From a virus (taxonomy: Duplodnaviria > Caudoviricetes), in the IMG/VR virus record IMGVR_UViG_3300025168_000182, positions 1-42,567 of that record: 42,567 nt of DNA; one strand, written 5' to 3'. Below are positions 27,897-36,575 of the stretch, piece by piece. A program made the position numbers and the translations under genes. Under the pieces are notes generated by a model. The model did not search any database and was not told the DNA's origin. It worked only from the letters and a program-made list of their open reading frames with translations. The first letter of the stretch is position 1, and each line of letters starts with the position of its first letter.

Positions 27897-28499
27897 TTAA
27901 AACTCCGTTATGATATCAGTAATAATTCGTTCTATGTTTGAAAATTTATTTATTACACCACCTTTTGATTCATTTACTGGTGATAAGAATGCTCCATGAG
28001 TAGATGGATTAGAAACAAAATCAAATGCAATTAATTCAAAATCAGGTTGTACTTCTAATGTATCTCCGCCTTCTCTCATTACTTCTTTAACTGATCCCAT
28101 TCCTCTAGAGGATATACCTAACCGTATACCTGATTTAAATAATTCTTTTAAAATGTTGCCGGCAGGAGTTGGTAATACTTCTACAGTACCTACCAAATCA
28201 TCTCCCTGCCATCCCATTTCACGGATATTATGTGACACATTTGCTAAATTGACTACTGATGAATCAGGGTGATCTAACTCTCCTAATGCACGTCGTTCTT
28301 TAATAAATGTATTAGCATAATTACCAGCTTCGCGCATTAACGTTTCTTTTGGATAAATTCTGCCATTTTGATTTTTAGCCTCAGCTCTTTGAAGTACACC
28401 TTTAACAATTAGCTTACCGTTATTTTGAGTTAACGATTCATTTATTTGTTGAGGTGATACCTCAAACTGATGATATTCTACTAGAAGCTGCTTATTCAT
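27897..28499 (-). CDS. Prohead core protease (T4 gp21-like)
   Basis: NQNGRIYP, ALGELDHP, VSH, GISSRGMGS, FDFVSNPST motifs. Confidence 0.95.
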   Translation of the reverse strand: MNKQLLVEYHQFEVSPQQINESLTQNNGKLIVKGVLQRAEAKNQNGRIYPKETLMREAGNYANTFIKERRALGELDHPDSSVVNLANVSHNIREMGWQGDDLVGTVEVLPTPAGNILKELFKSGIRLGISSRGMGSVKEVMREGGDTLEVQPDFELIAFDFVSNPSTHGAFLSPVNESKGGVINKFSNIERIITDIITEF

Positions 28500-28507
28500 A
28501 ATTTATC

Positions 28508-29299
28508 CTAATTTTGTTTTCTTGGCATTGATGCATATGGCAATCTATCACCATCAAACGTTTGTTTTCCTTGTTCATTATGGAATGTATCTAAACCAGT
28601 AGTTGAAGTTGCAACAGATGCAGTCGTAGACGCAAATGTAGTTGATATTGCATTAACAGAACCTTTATTTACATTTGTAATCGTTAATACTTGTCCTTTA
28701 GAACTAGTTACAGCTGAAAATAATGTACCAGGTGCAATTGTATTTGTAAATCCGGCCACTAATGCAGTAGCTACTTGATCATTAATTGCATTTTGCCATT
28801 GATGAGCTAAAGATGATGAAAAATGTCCAGATGTACCTACTGGTCCTATACTTGATGCTGTTACAATACCATGAATTGATGATGGCACGGTAGGTGCAAA
28901 AAGAGATTGAGATGTATAATAACATCTAAATGTTTTCATTGAATCAACATGATTACGAGAAAAATCTGTTGTATTATTATACGCTTCAATATCAAAATAT
29001 GCGCCATCAAGTGAAGAACCTGTCCAAGCTTGGTTTAATAAACCTGCAAATGTAAAAGTTGATACTTCAGCACTATTACCAGTTACAAATTGAGTAGATC
29101 CACCATAATTAGCAGCGGCATTGCTAGTAACAGATTGACCAGGTGATTGAGCTTCTTGAAGTATTATTGGATCATTCCACATTAATTTATTTTGTTCTTG
29201 AATAAATTTATGTTTACATGCATGAATACCTTTTGATTCTTTTAATAATTTATTTTCTGGCTGGCGCATAAAATCTTGCCATGTTAATGTATATTTCAT
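28508..29299 (-). CDS. Hypothetical protein, possibly head decoration, 263 aa
   Basis: GAGGA SD; charged N-terminal segment (LLKE, ILQE) followed by an S/T-rich beta-like domain. Confidence 0.75.
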   Translation of the reverse strand: MKYTLTWQDFMRQPENKLLKESKGIHACKHKFIQEQNKLMWNDPIILQEAQSPGQSVTSNAAANYGGSTQFVTGNSAEVSTFTFAGLLNQAWTGSSLDGAYFDIEAYNNTTDFSRNHVDSMKTFRCYYTSQSLFAPTVPSSIHGIVTASSIGPVGTSGHFSSSLAHQWQNAINDQVATALVAGFTNTIAPGTLFSAVTSSKGQVLTITNVNKGSVNAISTTFASTTASVATSTTGLDTFHNEQGKQTFDGDRLPYASMPRKQN

Positions 29300-29348
29300 C
29301 TTCTTCCTCTTTTATTTTTAGTAGCACTTATAAGTGGATGACCTACTG

Positions 29349-30005
29349 TTATTGTGATAATTCTTTTAATCTATTTGCTATACGCGTAATCCGTTCATTT
29401 ATTTTTGCAAATCGTGTTCCGGTGGCTTTCCAAAAATGACCAGATTGTACTCCCATTTCTGTTTTTAAACGTAAATTATTATTAACAATTTTTTCCATGT
29501 TACCTAACATTTTGTTAACTTCCATTATACCTCTGTTAACTTTTTGTTGTGGAGTTGAAGTTGGATCTTTTTTAAAGTCGCGATATGTAATTTCTTGAAG
29601 ATCTTCCATAGTTGCCATCATTTGTTTATACGCACTTTCAAAATGTTTTTCACTAGGTGCCGTTTTTTTATAATCAAATACTTCTGCGTTATTTTTTTCA
29701 TCTTCTTTTTTACCAAAAGCTTTTGGTGTTCTAGGAGGACCTTCTCCGCCGTCCATATTACCAGTTACATTTGCTTCTTCTAAATCTTCATCTTCTTTAT
29801 CTTTAACAGCCTTTTTAAAAGGTTCTTTTTTATTGCCATCACCGTCCATATCTAAGAAATCTGGTTTTGCTGCTTCATCTACTTCTTTATCTTTAACAGC
29901 CTTTTTAAAAGGTTCTTTTTTATTGCCATCACCGTCCATATCTAAGAAATCTGGTTTTGATTTTTTTGCTTCAAAAAATTCTTTCATTTCTTCTAATAAT
30001 TTCAT
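29349..30005 (-). CDS. Head-associated protein with duplicated DxDxDG motif, 218 aa
   Basis: KPDFLDMDGDGNKKEPFKKAVKDKE twice; AAGGA SD; helical C-terminus. Confidence 0.8.
   Translation of the reverse strand: MKLLEEMKEFFEAKKSKPDFLDMDGDGNKKEPFKKAVKDKEVDEAAKPDFLDMDGDGNKKEPFKKAVKDKEDEDLEEANVTGNMDGGEGPPRTPKAFGKKEDEKNNAEVFDYKKTAPSEKHFESAYKQMMATMEDLQEITYRDFKKDPTSTPQQKVNRGIMEVNKMLGNMEKIVNNNLRLKTEMGVQSGHFWKATGTRFAKINERITRIANRLKELSQ
29792..29959. repeat. 78-bp perfect direct repeat, 90-bp period (29792-29869; 29882-29959)
   Basis: Direct read of the sequence. Confidence 0.95.
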
Positions 30006-30008
30006 ATT

Positions 30009-30329
30009 TTATCCTTTCTTAAAAAATGTAATTGAAGCTGATGCTTCGCCTAATACTGATCCAGAAATTCGTATTATGGAAAAATCATACAATTGACCTG
30101 TAGTAAGATTACCCATTGGTAATGTACCTCCGCCAGAAAAACTAGCAGTAATTGGCTGATCTCCTAAGCCATTTATAATAAATGGACCAAATCCGTATTT
30201 ATCGCCAGTAAAGTGCACATCACCGTCAGTATAATTAAATGATTCAACGTATCTACCTGTCGGTCCTAGTCTATCATGTTGGCTTTTACTTGATGAACGC
30301 CAGCCGGCGTCTCCAGTCCAGTAGCTCAT
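30009..30329 (-). CDS. Hypothetical protein, 106 aa
   Basis: AGGAG SD; TAATG coupling to the upstream gene. Confidence 0.75.
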   Translation of the reverse strand: MSYWTGDAGWRSSSKSQHDRLGPTGRYVESFNYTDGDVHFTGDKYGFGPFIINGLGDQPITASFSGGGTLPMGNLTTGQLYDFSIIRISGSVLGEASASITFFKKG

Positions 30330-31171
30330 TATTTAGCTCCTACATTTTTAAGTTCATTAACTAATTCATAATAACGAAGCATTGTCAATACATCTTTATC
30401 TTGAATAGAATGTTGTTTATTCATTTTATTTAATAAATTTGCGACTTCTGTTAATTTAATACGTATTACTTTATTTGCAATTGATGATCTTAAAGATGAT
30501 AAAGCTGTCTTTATTTTTATTGTCTCTGATAATACGTATTTTTTAAGTTTTATTGAATTTGTTACGTTATTAATATACTCACGTAACATACGTTTTTGTT
30601 CTTTATTTAACGATGAATACTTTGCATTAAATTTATCTACAACTAACTTAGATGCTAGTAAACGTACATCTTTATGTTGCGATGCTAGTTTTGGAGTTTC
30701 TTCCTTTTTCACCGGAGAAGTTTGTATATGCTCAACTAATGCAAATTTACTAGCCATATATTCCGCGGGATCATCTGCCTGTGCGTACTCAAATATTTTA
30801 TATGTAGATGCATGTACTTTATAATTTATAATACGTGATTTAAAAAACTCATCTAAATTATATGTAGATTTTAATTCTTTAATTAAATTATATTTATTCC
30901 TACGTAATATAGAATCATTTAATGATTGTCTAGTATTTATAACAGCGTTTAAAAATTGACTAGCATGTGATTCATTTACAAATGTTTCTTGAGAAATTGT
31001 ACGATATAATTTTAATTCTTTAGATAATTCAGAATCAGAATTAAAATGCTTTTTAATTATATGTAATGCTTTAGAGTTTCTGTTATTCATGGTATCTGAT
31101 GCTACTTGCCGTACTAGTAGTTCAAATACTATTCCAGTATTTTTAACTTTTGAATGTTTTATTCGTTTCAT
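30329..31171 (-). CDS. Hypothetical basic helical protein downstream of portal, 280 aa
   Basis: KHSKVKNTGIVFELLVRQ N-terminus; own ATATTTATTA motif at 31201-31210. Confidence 0.85.
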   Translation of the reverse strand: MKRIKHSKVKNTGIVFELLVRQVASDTMNNRNSKALHIIKKHFNSDSELSKELKLYRTISQETFVNESHASQFLNAVINTRQSLNDSILRRNKYNLIKELKSTYNLDEFFKSRIINYKVHASTYKIFEYAQADDPAEYMASKFALVEHIQTSPVKKEETPKLASQHKDVRLLASKLVVDKFNAKYSSLNKEQKRMLREYINNVTNSIKLKKYVLSETIKIKTALSSLRSSIANKVIRIKLTEVANLLNKMNKQHSIQDKDVLTMLRYYELVNELKNVGAK

Positions 31172-31200
31172 GAAATTACGCCTTGTATAAACATACTTTT

Positions 31201-31210
31201 TAATAAATAT
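31201..31210 (-). promoter_or_regulatory. Putative late promoter motif ATATTTATTA
   Basis: Intergenic, 29 nt upstream of ATG 31171. Confidence 0.5.
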
Positions 31211-31236
31211 GCTATTATTTTAGAAATCGATAAATA

Positions 31237-33117
31237 TTATTCATCTAATAATTGAGACTCATCTAACATAGTACCTGAGTCTATATTTTTATCCTCAGAT
31301 AATAAAGTTTGTTTAATAATTTTAGATGATTTCATTGAGTCAATTAATGAATTAATTTGTATATTTTCTGTACTTAATGGCGATCCTCCACGGTATTGAT
31401 GCTGTAATGGAGATTTATCTGTAGCTAATGATGTGTTTAAAGATTTTATTGCTAATGGATCTCGGCCATGAGGTGAATCATGCGTTCCCCATGTCTGATG
31501 ATTTTCTGGTCGGCCAGGCCCAGCCACATGTTCTTGTTCCTGTCCAGGTAATAAACCTCCTTTATTTGCAACATGCATTGATGCAATATCATGAGGCGTT
31601 CCAAAAGATTGATTAGTTTTTTGCGGGTCATTACCTTCTGATTTAATCTGTTCTTTTCGGAAGTCTTGTTTAAGATCTTCAATGACTTGTTCTTGTTCGG
31701 ATGTCCATTCATGTTGACTTAATCCAAATACATTTTCATATATCCATCTTTGAGAAAATAAATTTGATTCTTTCATATTTGTAGCCAACCCAATTTTACT
31801 TTCTAATACTTCTATTTTCTGTTTTTCATAGATAATTGATGGATTAGTTAATGATAATTCAAAATTAACTAAGTCGGCATCTTTATAACCTTGAGTATAT
31901 AAATGTACAATAGCAATTTTAGTTAATTCTGAAACAAATATTTTTTGTATACGTTCTATAGTTCTTGCAAATCGCACATCTTCTGCTGCTAATGTTGCTT
32001 TACCTTCTACTCCTTCATCATAACCTAAAAATGCTTTAGGTATTTTTAATGCAGCAAATAATTTATTTTTTAAATAATCAATATCTTCTATCTGGCCTTC
32101 CGATGACATTCCTGGTAATGCTTCAATCGATGTACCAGATTCGCCGCCTCTAACTGGCATAAAATAATCCTCAATCATATTTTGCATATTAAATTTAAGA
32201 TTATAATCTCCAGTCTTTTCATCAATATAAGGAACTTTTTTCATTTTATTAACAATTCCTTGAATATGATTATCAACTTCAGCTGGTGGTATATTACCTA
32301 CATCAATTTTAAATATTCTACGTTCTGGTGCTCTCATTATACGATGAATTAACATTGCATCTTCCATAAGAGTTAATTGTTTAAAAATTTTACGAGCTGG
32401 TTCAATCATTGATTTACCGTAAGGTAAGAAGTTTGTATCAGATAATAATCTGAAATGTGCTATTTCAAATGGTTGAAATTCTTGCATTGGTCCGCTTTGA
32501 CCAGGCTGAAAATTATGCGTACCACCGCCATGAGTATTTTGTAATTTAAATTTATATGCATAAGGATTGTTTTCATCAAATCCTTCTTCTCTGATAATTT
32601 CGTATGCAGATAATGGCATTACATTAACAATACCTACTTCTTCTTCGATATCTAAATGTAAATAAAAATCACCATATTTACATGCGTTTCTAATCCATGG
32701 CCAAAGATTGTAATCAATATTTAATATATCATAAAATAAATTTCTTAAAATTTTTCGTATATCATCATTTTGCGATGTAATAGTTAACGTGTCACCATCT
32801 GCATCTTTTACTGTTGATTCATCTGCATAAATATCTAATGCTGAAGATAATATAGGATCCATGTCCATGCCTTCATAATCAGTAAATAGTTCTACTTTTG
32901 ATGTATGAAATGTTTGATTTTGATTATATGTACCATAACCAGGCATGCCTCGATGTACGCCAGAAAATCTATCTACGTATCTTTTATTATTTAAATTTCC
33001 TGAAGATTGTAAACGATTTGTATCAACCGCTTTTAATCTATTTTTTGAAATTCTACGTACGACTACGTTAGTTGCAAATAATCTACTTAGTCGTGCTCTT
33101 AATGAAGTATCTGTCAT
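31237..33117 (-). CDS. Portal protein (T4 gp20-like)
   Basis: MEDAMLIHRIMRAPERRIFKIDVGNIP, EDYFMPVRG..TSIEALPG, LFAALKIP; follows terminase. Confidence 0.96.
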   Translation of the reverse strand: MTDTSLRARLSRLFATNVVVRRISKNRLKAVDTNRLQSSGNLNNKRYVDRFSGVHRGMPGYGTYNQNQTFHTSKVELFTDYEGMDMDPILSSALDIYADESTVKDADGDTLTITSQNDDIRKILRNLFYDILNIDYNLWPWIRNACKYGDFYLHLDIEEEVGIVNVMPLSAYEIIREEGFDENNPYAYKFKLQNTHGGGTHNFQPGQSGPMQEFQPFEIAHFRLLSDTNFLPYGKSMIEPARKIFKQLTLMEDAMLIHRIMRAPERRIFKIDVGNIPPAEVDNHIQGIVNKMKKVPYIDEKTGDYNLKFNMQNMIEDYFMPVRGGESGTSIEALPGMSSEGQIEDIDYLKNKLFAALKIPKAFLGYDEGVEGKATLAAEDVRFARTIERIQKIFVSELTKIAIVHLYTQGYKDADLVNFELSLTNPSIIYEKQKIEVLESKIGLATNMKESNLFSQRWIYENVFGLSQHEWTSEQEQVIEDLKQDFRKEQIKSEGNDPQKTNQSFGTPHDIASMHVANKGGLLPGQEQEHVAGPGRPENHQTWGTHDSPHGRDPLAIKSLNTSLATDKSPLQHQYRGGSPLSTENIQINSLIDSMKSSKIIKQTLLSEDKNIDSGTMLDESQLLDE

Positions 33118-33130
33118 ATTTTACCTATAT

Positions 33131-33140
33131 AAATAAATAT
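33131..33140 (-). promoter_or_regulatory. Putative late promoter motif (ATATTTATTT) before portal
   Basis: In the 22-nt terminase-portal gap. Confidence 0.45.
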
Positions 33141-34717
33141 TAGAGTAGCCATTTTAAATCGTTATTTTCTTTATCGCCACTATTCCATTGCCATTCTTTT
33201 GGTGTATCTGTTCCGGAAGTATATACTCCTTGTGATTTTCCAAAATGTCCCAATGCTTTTCTATTTAAATCTATTCCTTGTTGTTGTAATCTTAATGCAG
33301 TATCACGCATCCATAATCCGGTTGAAAATGCCATTACTAGATCATCATTATAACCACGAGATGCCTCTGCTCTATGGCCTAACCATATAAATGTAAATAG
33401 TTCATCAATTAAACGCTTTGAATGTACTATTGGTGTTTTATCCCTAAAATACGTTTCTAGTTTTGATATTACTAATGGCCGAGTCCTAGATGTCATTGAA
33501 AATCCTGGAACTGTCTTTGATTTATCTTTTAAATCATATCCTTTACGTAATTGTACATCTTCGTCTACATAACCATCTTGTTTATATGAATAATATAAAT
33601 TTGAATATCCTTTATCTAAAGCCACTTGTATAGTTGCCCATCCAATATTTGCATTTTCAATTACTAACAATGCATTATTATATTCTGTTGCAACGGCCAC
33701 TAACATGTTACCATATTCAGTCGTGCCAATCTTTCCTTTATATTCTGCAACTTGATGGCATGATTCTATATCAAATATATGAAATGCAGAATAATCTGTT
33801 GAATCGCCACGTGCTACATCAGCTACAACCATATATTTTTTGTTGTAATCTGCATATTCCCATATCCAAAAATTTGAATCAAATCCTCGTTTTTCTAAAG
33901 GATCTTTAACATGTGTATCAGCATACCATTGCAATACTTCGCCATCAACAACAGTATGCCCAGATGAAATAAAATCACAATCACATTCTTGAGCTGCACC
34001 CTTTTCTCCCAATAATTGAGTTTGTTTAGCTCTCCAATTATCATCTCGGTCTGGATGTACTGTCCAATGTAATTTTATTGTATTAAATTCTCCACCAGCT
34101 TCGGCATTAACCCATTGACGGTGAAACCAATTACCAACACCATTAGGAGTTGATAATGCTATACAATCACCACCTGTTGCTAGTGTTTGTTGAGCGGCCG
34201 TCCATATTTCATCAATACGATCAATGAAAGCAGCTTCATCAAATATCAATAATGATAATGCTTCAGACCTACCAGCGTCACCTTTAGATGAAATTGCTTT
34301 AATTTGAGAACCATTTGCATATCGTAATGATAATTTATTATCCTCTAACGTTTTACCTTTTAACCAATTAGGTAAATTTTCATTCATTACTCGTACTTTG
34401 GTTACAAGATTTTTTGCAACGTCTTGTTTTGTTGCAATTACTAATACATTAAAATCTTCACGAAATATCATTTTCCATAATGCATAACCTGCTGTTAACG
34501 TTGATATACCTAACTGTCTAGATTTTAGAATAATATTATATCGGTGGTCTTTTAATTCTTCTAATGATTTTTCTTGAAAGGGGTATAAATTAAAAAGCAT
34601 TTTACCTCGTGTAGGATGCTGTATTATGCAATACTTGCGCATAAAATGTATAGGGTCTTGTGAACACCGTTTGTATTCATCACCAATAATTTCTTTAAGA
34701 GATTTTTTTACTGCCAT
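33140..34717 (-). CDS. terL: Terminase large subunit (T4 gp17-like)
   Basis: KSRQLGIST Walker A, LLIFDEAAF Walker B, LSTPNG, nuclease ADVARG..DYSA and NDDLVMA. Confidence 0.96.
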   Translation of the reverse strand: MAVKKSLKEIIGDEYKRCSQDPIHFMRKYCIIQHPTRGKMLFNLYPFQEKSLEELKDHRYNIILKSRQLGISTLTAGYALWKMIFREDFNVLVIATKQDVAKNLVTKVRVMNENLPNWLKGKTLEDNKLSLRYANGSQIKAISSKGDAGRSEALSLLIFDEAAFIDRIDEIWTAAQQTLATGGDCIALSTPNGVGNWFHRQWVNAEAGGEFNTIKLHWTVHPDRDDNWRAKQTQLLGEKGAAQECDCDFISSGHTVVDGEVLQWYADTHVKDPLEKRGFDSNFWIWEYADYNKKYMVVADVARGDSTDYSAFHIFDIESCHQVAEYKGKIGTTEYGNMLVAVATEYNNALLVIENANIGWATIQVALDKGYSNLYYSYKQDGYVDEDVQLRKGYDLKDKSKTVPGFSMTSRTRPLVISKLETYFRDKTPIVHSKRLIDELFTFIWLGHRAEASRGYNDDLVMAFSTGLWMRDTALRLQQQGIDLNRKALGHFGKSQGVYTSGTDTPKEWQWNSGDKENNDLKWLL

Positions 34718-34722
34718 TATTT

Positions 34723-34754
34723 TAAATATAATAAATTATTTGCAATATTACAAA
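34723..34754 (-). promoter_or_regulatory. Bacteroidota-type promoter (TTTG-N20-TATATTTA) before terL
   Basis: Occupies almost the whole holin-terL gap; ends 5 nt before the ATG. Confidence 0.6.
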
Positions 34755-35150
34755 TTATTTCTTAACTCTTTTTTCCATGGTCCGGCCACCGAAGTAGGCA
34801 CCGATGACAGTTATAAGTACTAATTGAAGTAAATCTGTCCATTTGTCTTCTACATTAAAAGCTATCATACCTGCATCAATAAATATCATAAGTACAGTTG
34901 ATACAACTAGAAATATAAGAACTAATGGTCGTACATTTTTTGATAACCAAGAATCAGAATTCATATCTGATTTCCATCTATCAGTTATATTCTGTTCCAT
35001 TTTTGCTTCATGCGATGCAATTAATTCTTGCATTTTACGTTTTGCTTCTAACTTTTCAGCTTTAGTAGTTGTTAGGTTATCTAATACTCCGCCTACACCT
35101 TTTACTAACTCTGAAGCCCCTCCAGAAAATATTTTATTCAATATACCCAT
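34755..35150 (-). CDS. 3TM-type holin (GTA holin-like family)
   Basis: Amphipathic N-terminus; SDSWLSKNVRP motif, then two hydrophobic helices and YFGGR..EK. Confidence 0.8.
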   Translation of the reverse strand: MGILNKIFSGGASELVKGVGGVLDNLTTTKAEKLEAKRKMQELIASHEAKMEQNITDRWKSDMNSDSWLSKNVRPLVLIFLVVSTVLMIFIDAGMIAFNVEDKWTDLLQLVLITVIGAYFGGRTMEKRVKK

Positions 35151-35421
35151 ATTGTTCTTTTATTAATTTAGTAACTTCTTTACGTATTAATTGAGACATT
35201 TCATCTATCTGTAATTCTACATCTTTATCTGCAGCACTCACAGCTGATTCCATTTCTGATTGTAATTGTTTTTTCTTTTTAGTCATTTGTTTTAATTTAG
35301 AAACCATTTGTTGTTTTTTAACACCGTCAGCCTTTGCATACTCAGCGCCCATTTTTTTCATATCTGCAACTAGGTTGTCAAATTCTTTTCCAATTTTATT
35401 TAATGATCTATTTTTTGCCAT
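35134..35421 (-). CDS. Hypothetical coiled-coil protein (start re-called at 35421)
   Basis: GGAG SD precedes the ATG at 35421 (MAKNRS); Lys-rich heptads. Confidence 0.7.
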   Translation of the reverse strand: MAKNRSLNKIGKEFDNLVADMKKMGAEYAKADGVKKQQMVSKLKQMTKKKKQLQSEMESAVSAADKDVELQIDEMSQLIRKEVTKLIKEQYGYIE

Positions 35422-36055
35422 TGTCAGTCTCCGCAAATTGATTTCTAATATCTTGTTTTAATTTAGCATAATCATTATCTATTTTTTTAATAAATGTAGA
35501 TATATCCATTTCTCCAAATTTTCCATCTGCATTTTGATAATATGTTTCTTTTGTTTGAGCTTTTAATATTTCAACTTCTTTATCAGTATCTGCAAACCAG
35601 GCTTCGGCGTTTTGTGACATTATTTTATGTTCATACAATTTCCACGCATCCATTCCTTGATCTTTTATTCTTCGTTCTTCTGTTAGTACACAACCAAAGC
35701 ACATTTTACGTTTAAACCAAAATTTAAAATTTAAACGCTTTTCTTCATTTCGCATTTTGCAATTACATTTAGGACATTTTTCTGGAACAGCTAATGCAGA
35801 TTGTATTGATGTTAAAATAGAATTTTCTGGTTCTCGTGCTTTAAATCCATCATGCTGTGTAACTCGAGTCCTAATACCTTTAGCAGATGTTTCAATCCAT
35901 ATTTTTGGTTTACCATTTTTGAATCGTTCTATAATATCATTATTAGGTATGTTTGTTTTTGTAGAACCAGTGTATATGCTTTTTTTAGTCTGAGATTTAT
36001 GAGTCCCGGCTAATAATTCATTTACAGCTTTTATATTTTGTAACTTACTTGACAT
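35408..36055 (-). CDS. Hypothetical protein with putative Zn-binding motif
   Basis: CPKC...CFGC pairs; 215 aa; co-directional. Confidence 0.8.
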   Translation of the reverse strand: MSSKLQNIKAVNELLAGTHKSQTKKSIYTGSTKTNIPNNDIIERFKNGKPKIWIETSAKGIRTRVTQHDGFKAREPENSILTSIQSALAVPEKCPKCNCKMRNEEKRLNFKFWFKRKMCFGCVLTEERRIKDQGMDAWKLYEHKIMSQNAEAWFADTDKEVEILKAQTKETYYQNADGKFGEMDISTFIKKIDNDYAKLKQDIRNQFAETDNGKK

Positions 36056-36056
36056 A

Positions 36057-36542
36057 TTATCTTTCTCTCTTTGATAATGCGGCGCGGACAGCTCTTATTA
36101 CTACACTTTCTTGGCCTTTAAGATTTAATTTTGTAATAAGATTATGCAAAAATTCAATTTGTTGAGATTGCGATTTACCAGACATGCTTGTTGCATACTG
36201 ATTTAAAAATCTATCAGTTTTAGTTGCTAATGTACGTCCGCCTAACTCAGCTTCAGCAACTGGCTCTTGAGAGTCTGGTTCTAATGCATCTTTTGGTTTT
36301 AACATTGATATCAAATGCATTTTAACTGCATTACTACCACCAGAAATTGCGTTAATTACTTTAATTAATCCAGCTGCTTGTTGTTTTGGAGATCCTTGTC
36401 CTAATGCCCGTTTTAACATTTTAACACCAGGTTGCTTATCTATTACATCAGTCCCTTGTTCAACACCTGGTACAACTTCAACTTCTTTGAGAGACTCGCG
36501 TATTTCTTTACGTATTGTTTCTCTTAATTTGGATTCATTCAT
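36057..36542 (-). CDS. Putative internal head protein, 161 aa
   Basis: MNESKLRETIRKEIRESLKE leader rich in L/I-x-E; AAGGA SD; upstream motif. Confidence 0.75.
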   Translation of the reverse strand: MNESKLRETIRKEIRESLKEVEVVPGVEQGTDVIDKQPGVKMLKRALGQGSPKQQAAGLIKVINAISGGSNAVKMHLISMLKPKDALEPDSQEPVAEAELGGRTLATKTDRFLNQYATSMSGKSQSQQIEFLHNLITKLNLKGQESVVIRAVRAALSKRER

Positions 36543-36558
36543 AATGTCCTTTATTTTT

Positions 36559-36568
36559 ATATAAATAT
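36559..36568 (-). promoter_or_regulatory. Putative late promoter motif ATATTTATAT
   Basis: Intergenic, 16 nt upstream of ATG 36542. Confidence 0.55.
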
Positions 36569-36575
36569 ACAGTTA

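Noticed and set aside
29320-29347. Palindrome CACTTATAAGTG with flanking AGTAG/CTACT
   Set aside because: Single weak AT-rich hairpin with no U-tract or second copy; not enough to call a terminator or operator
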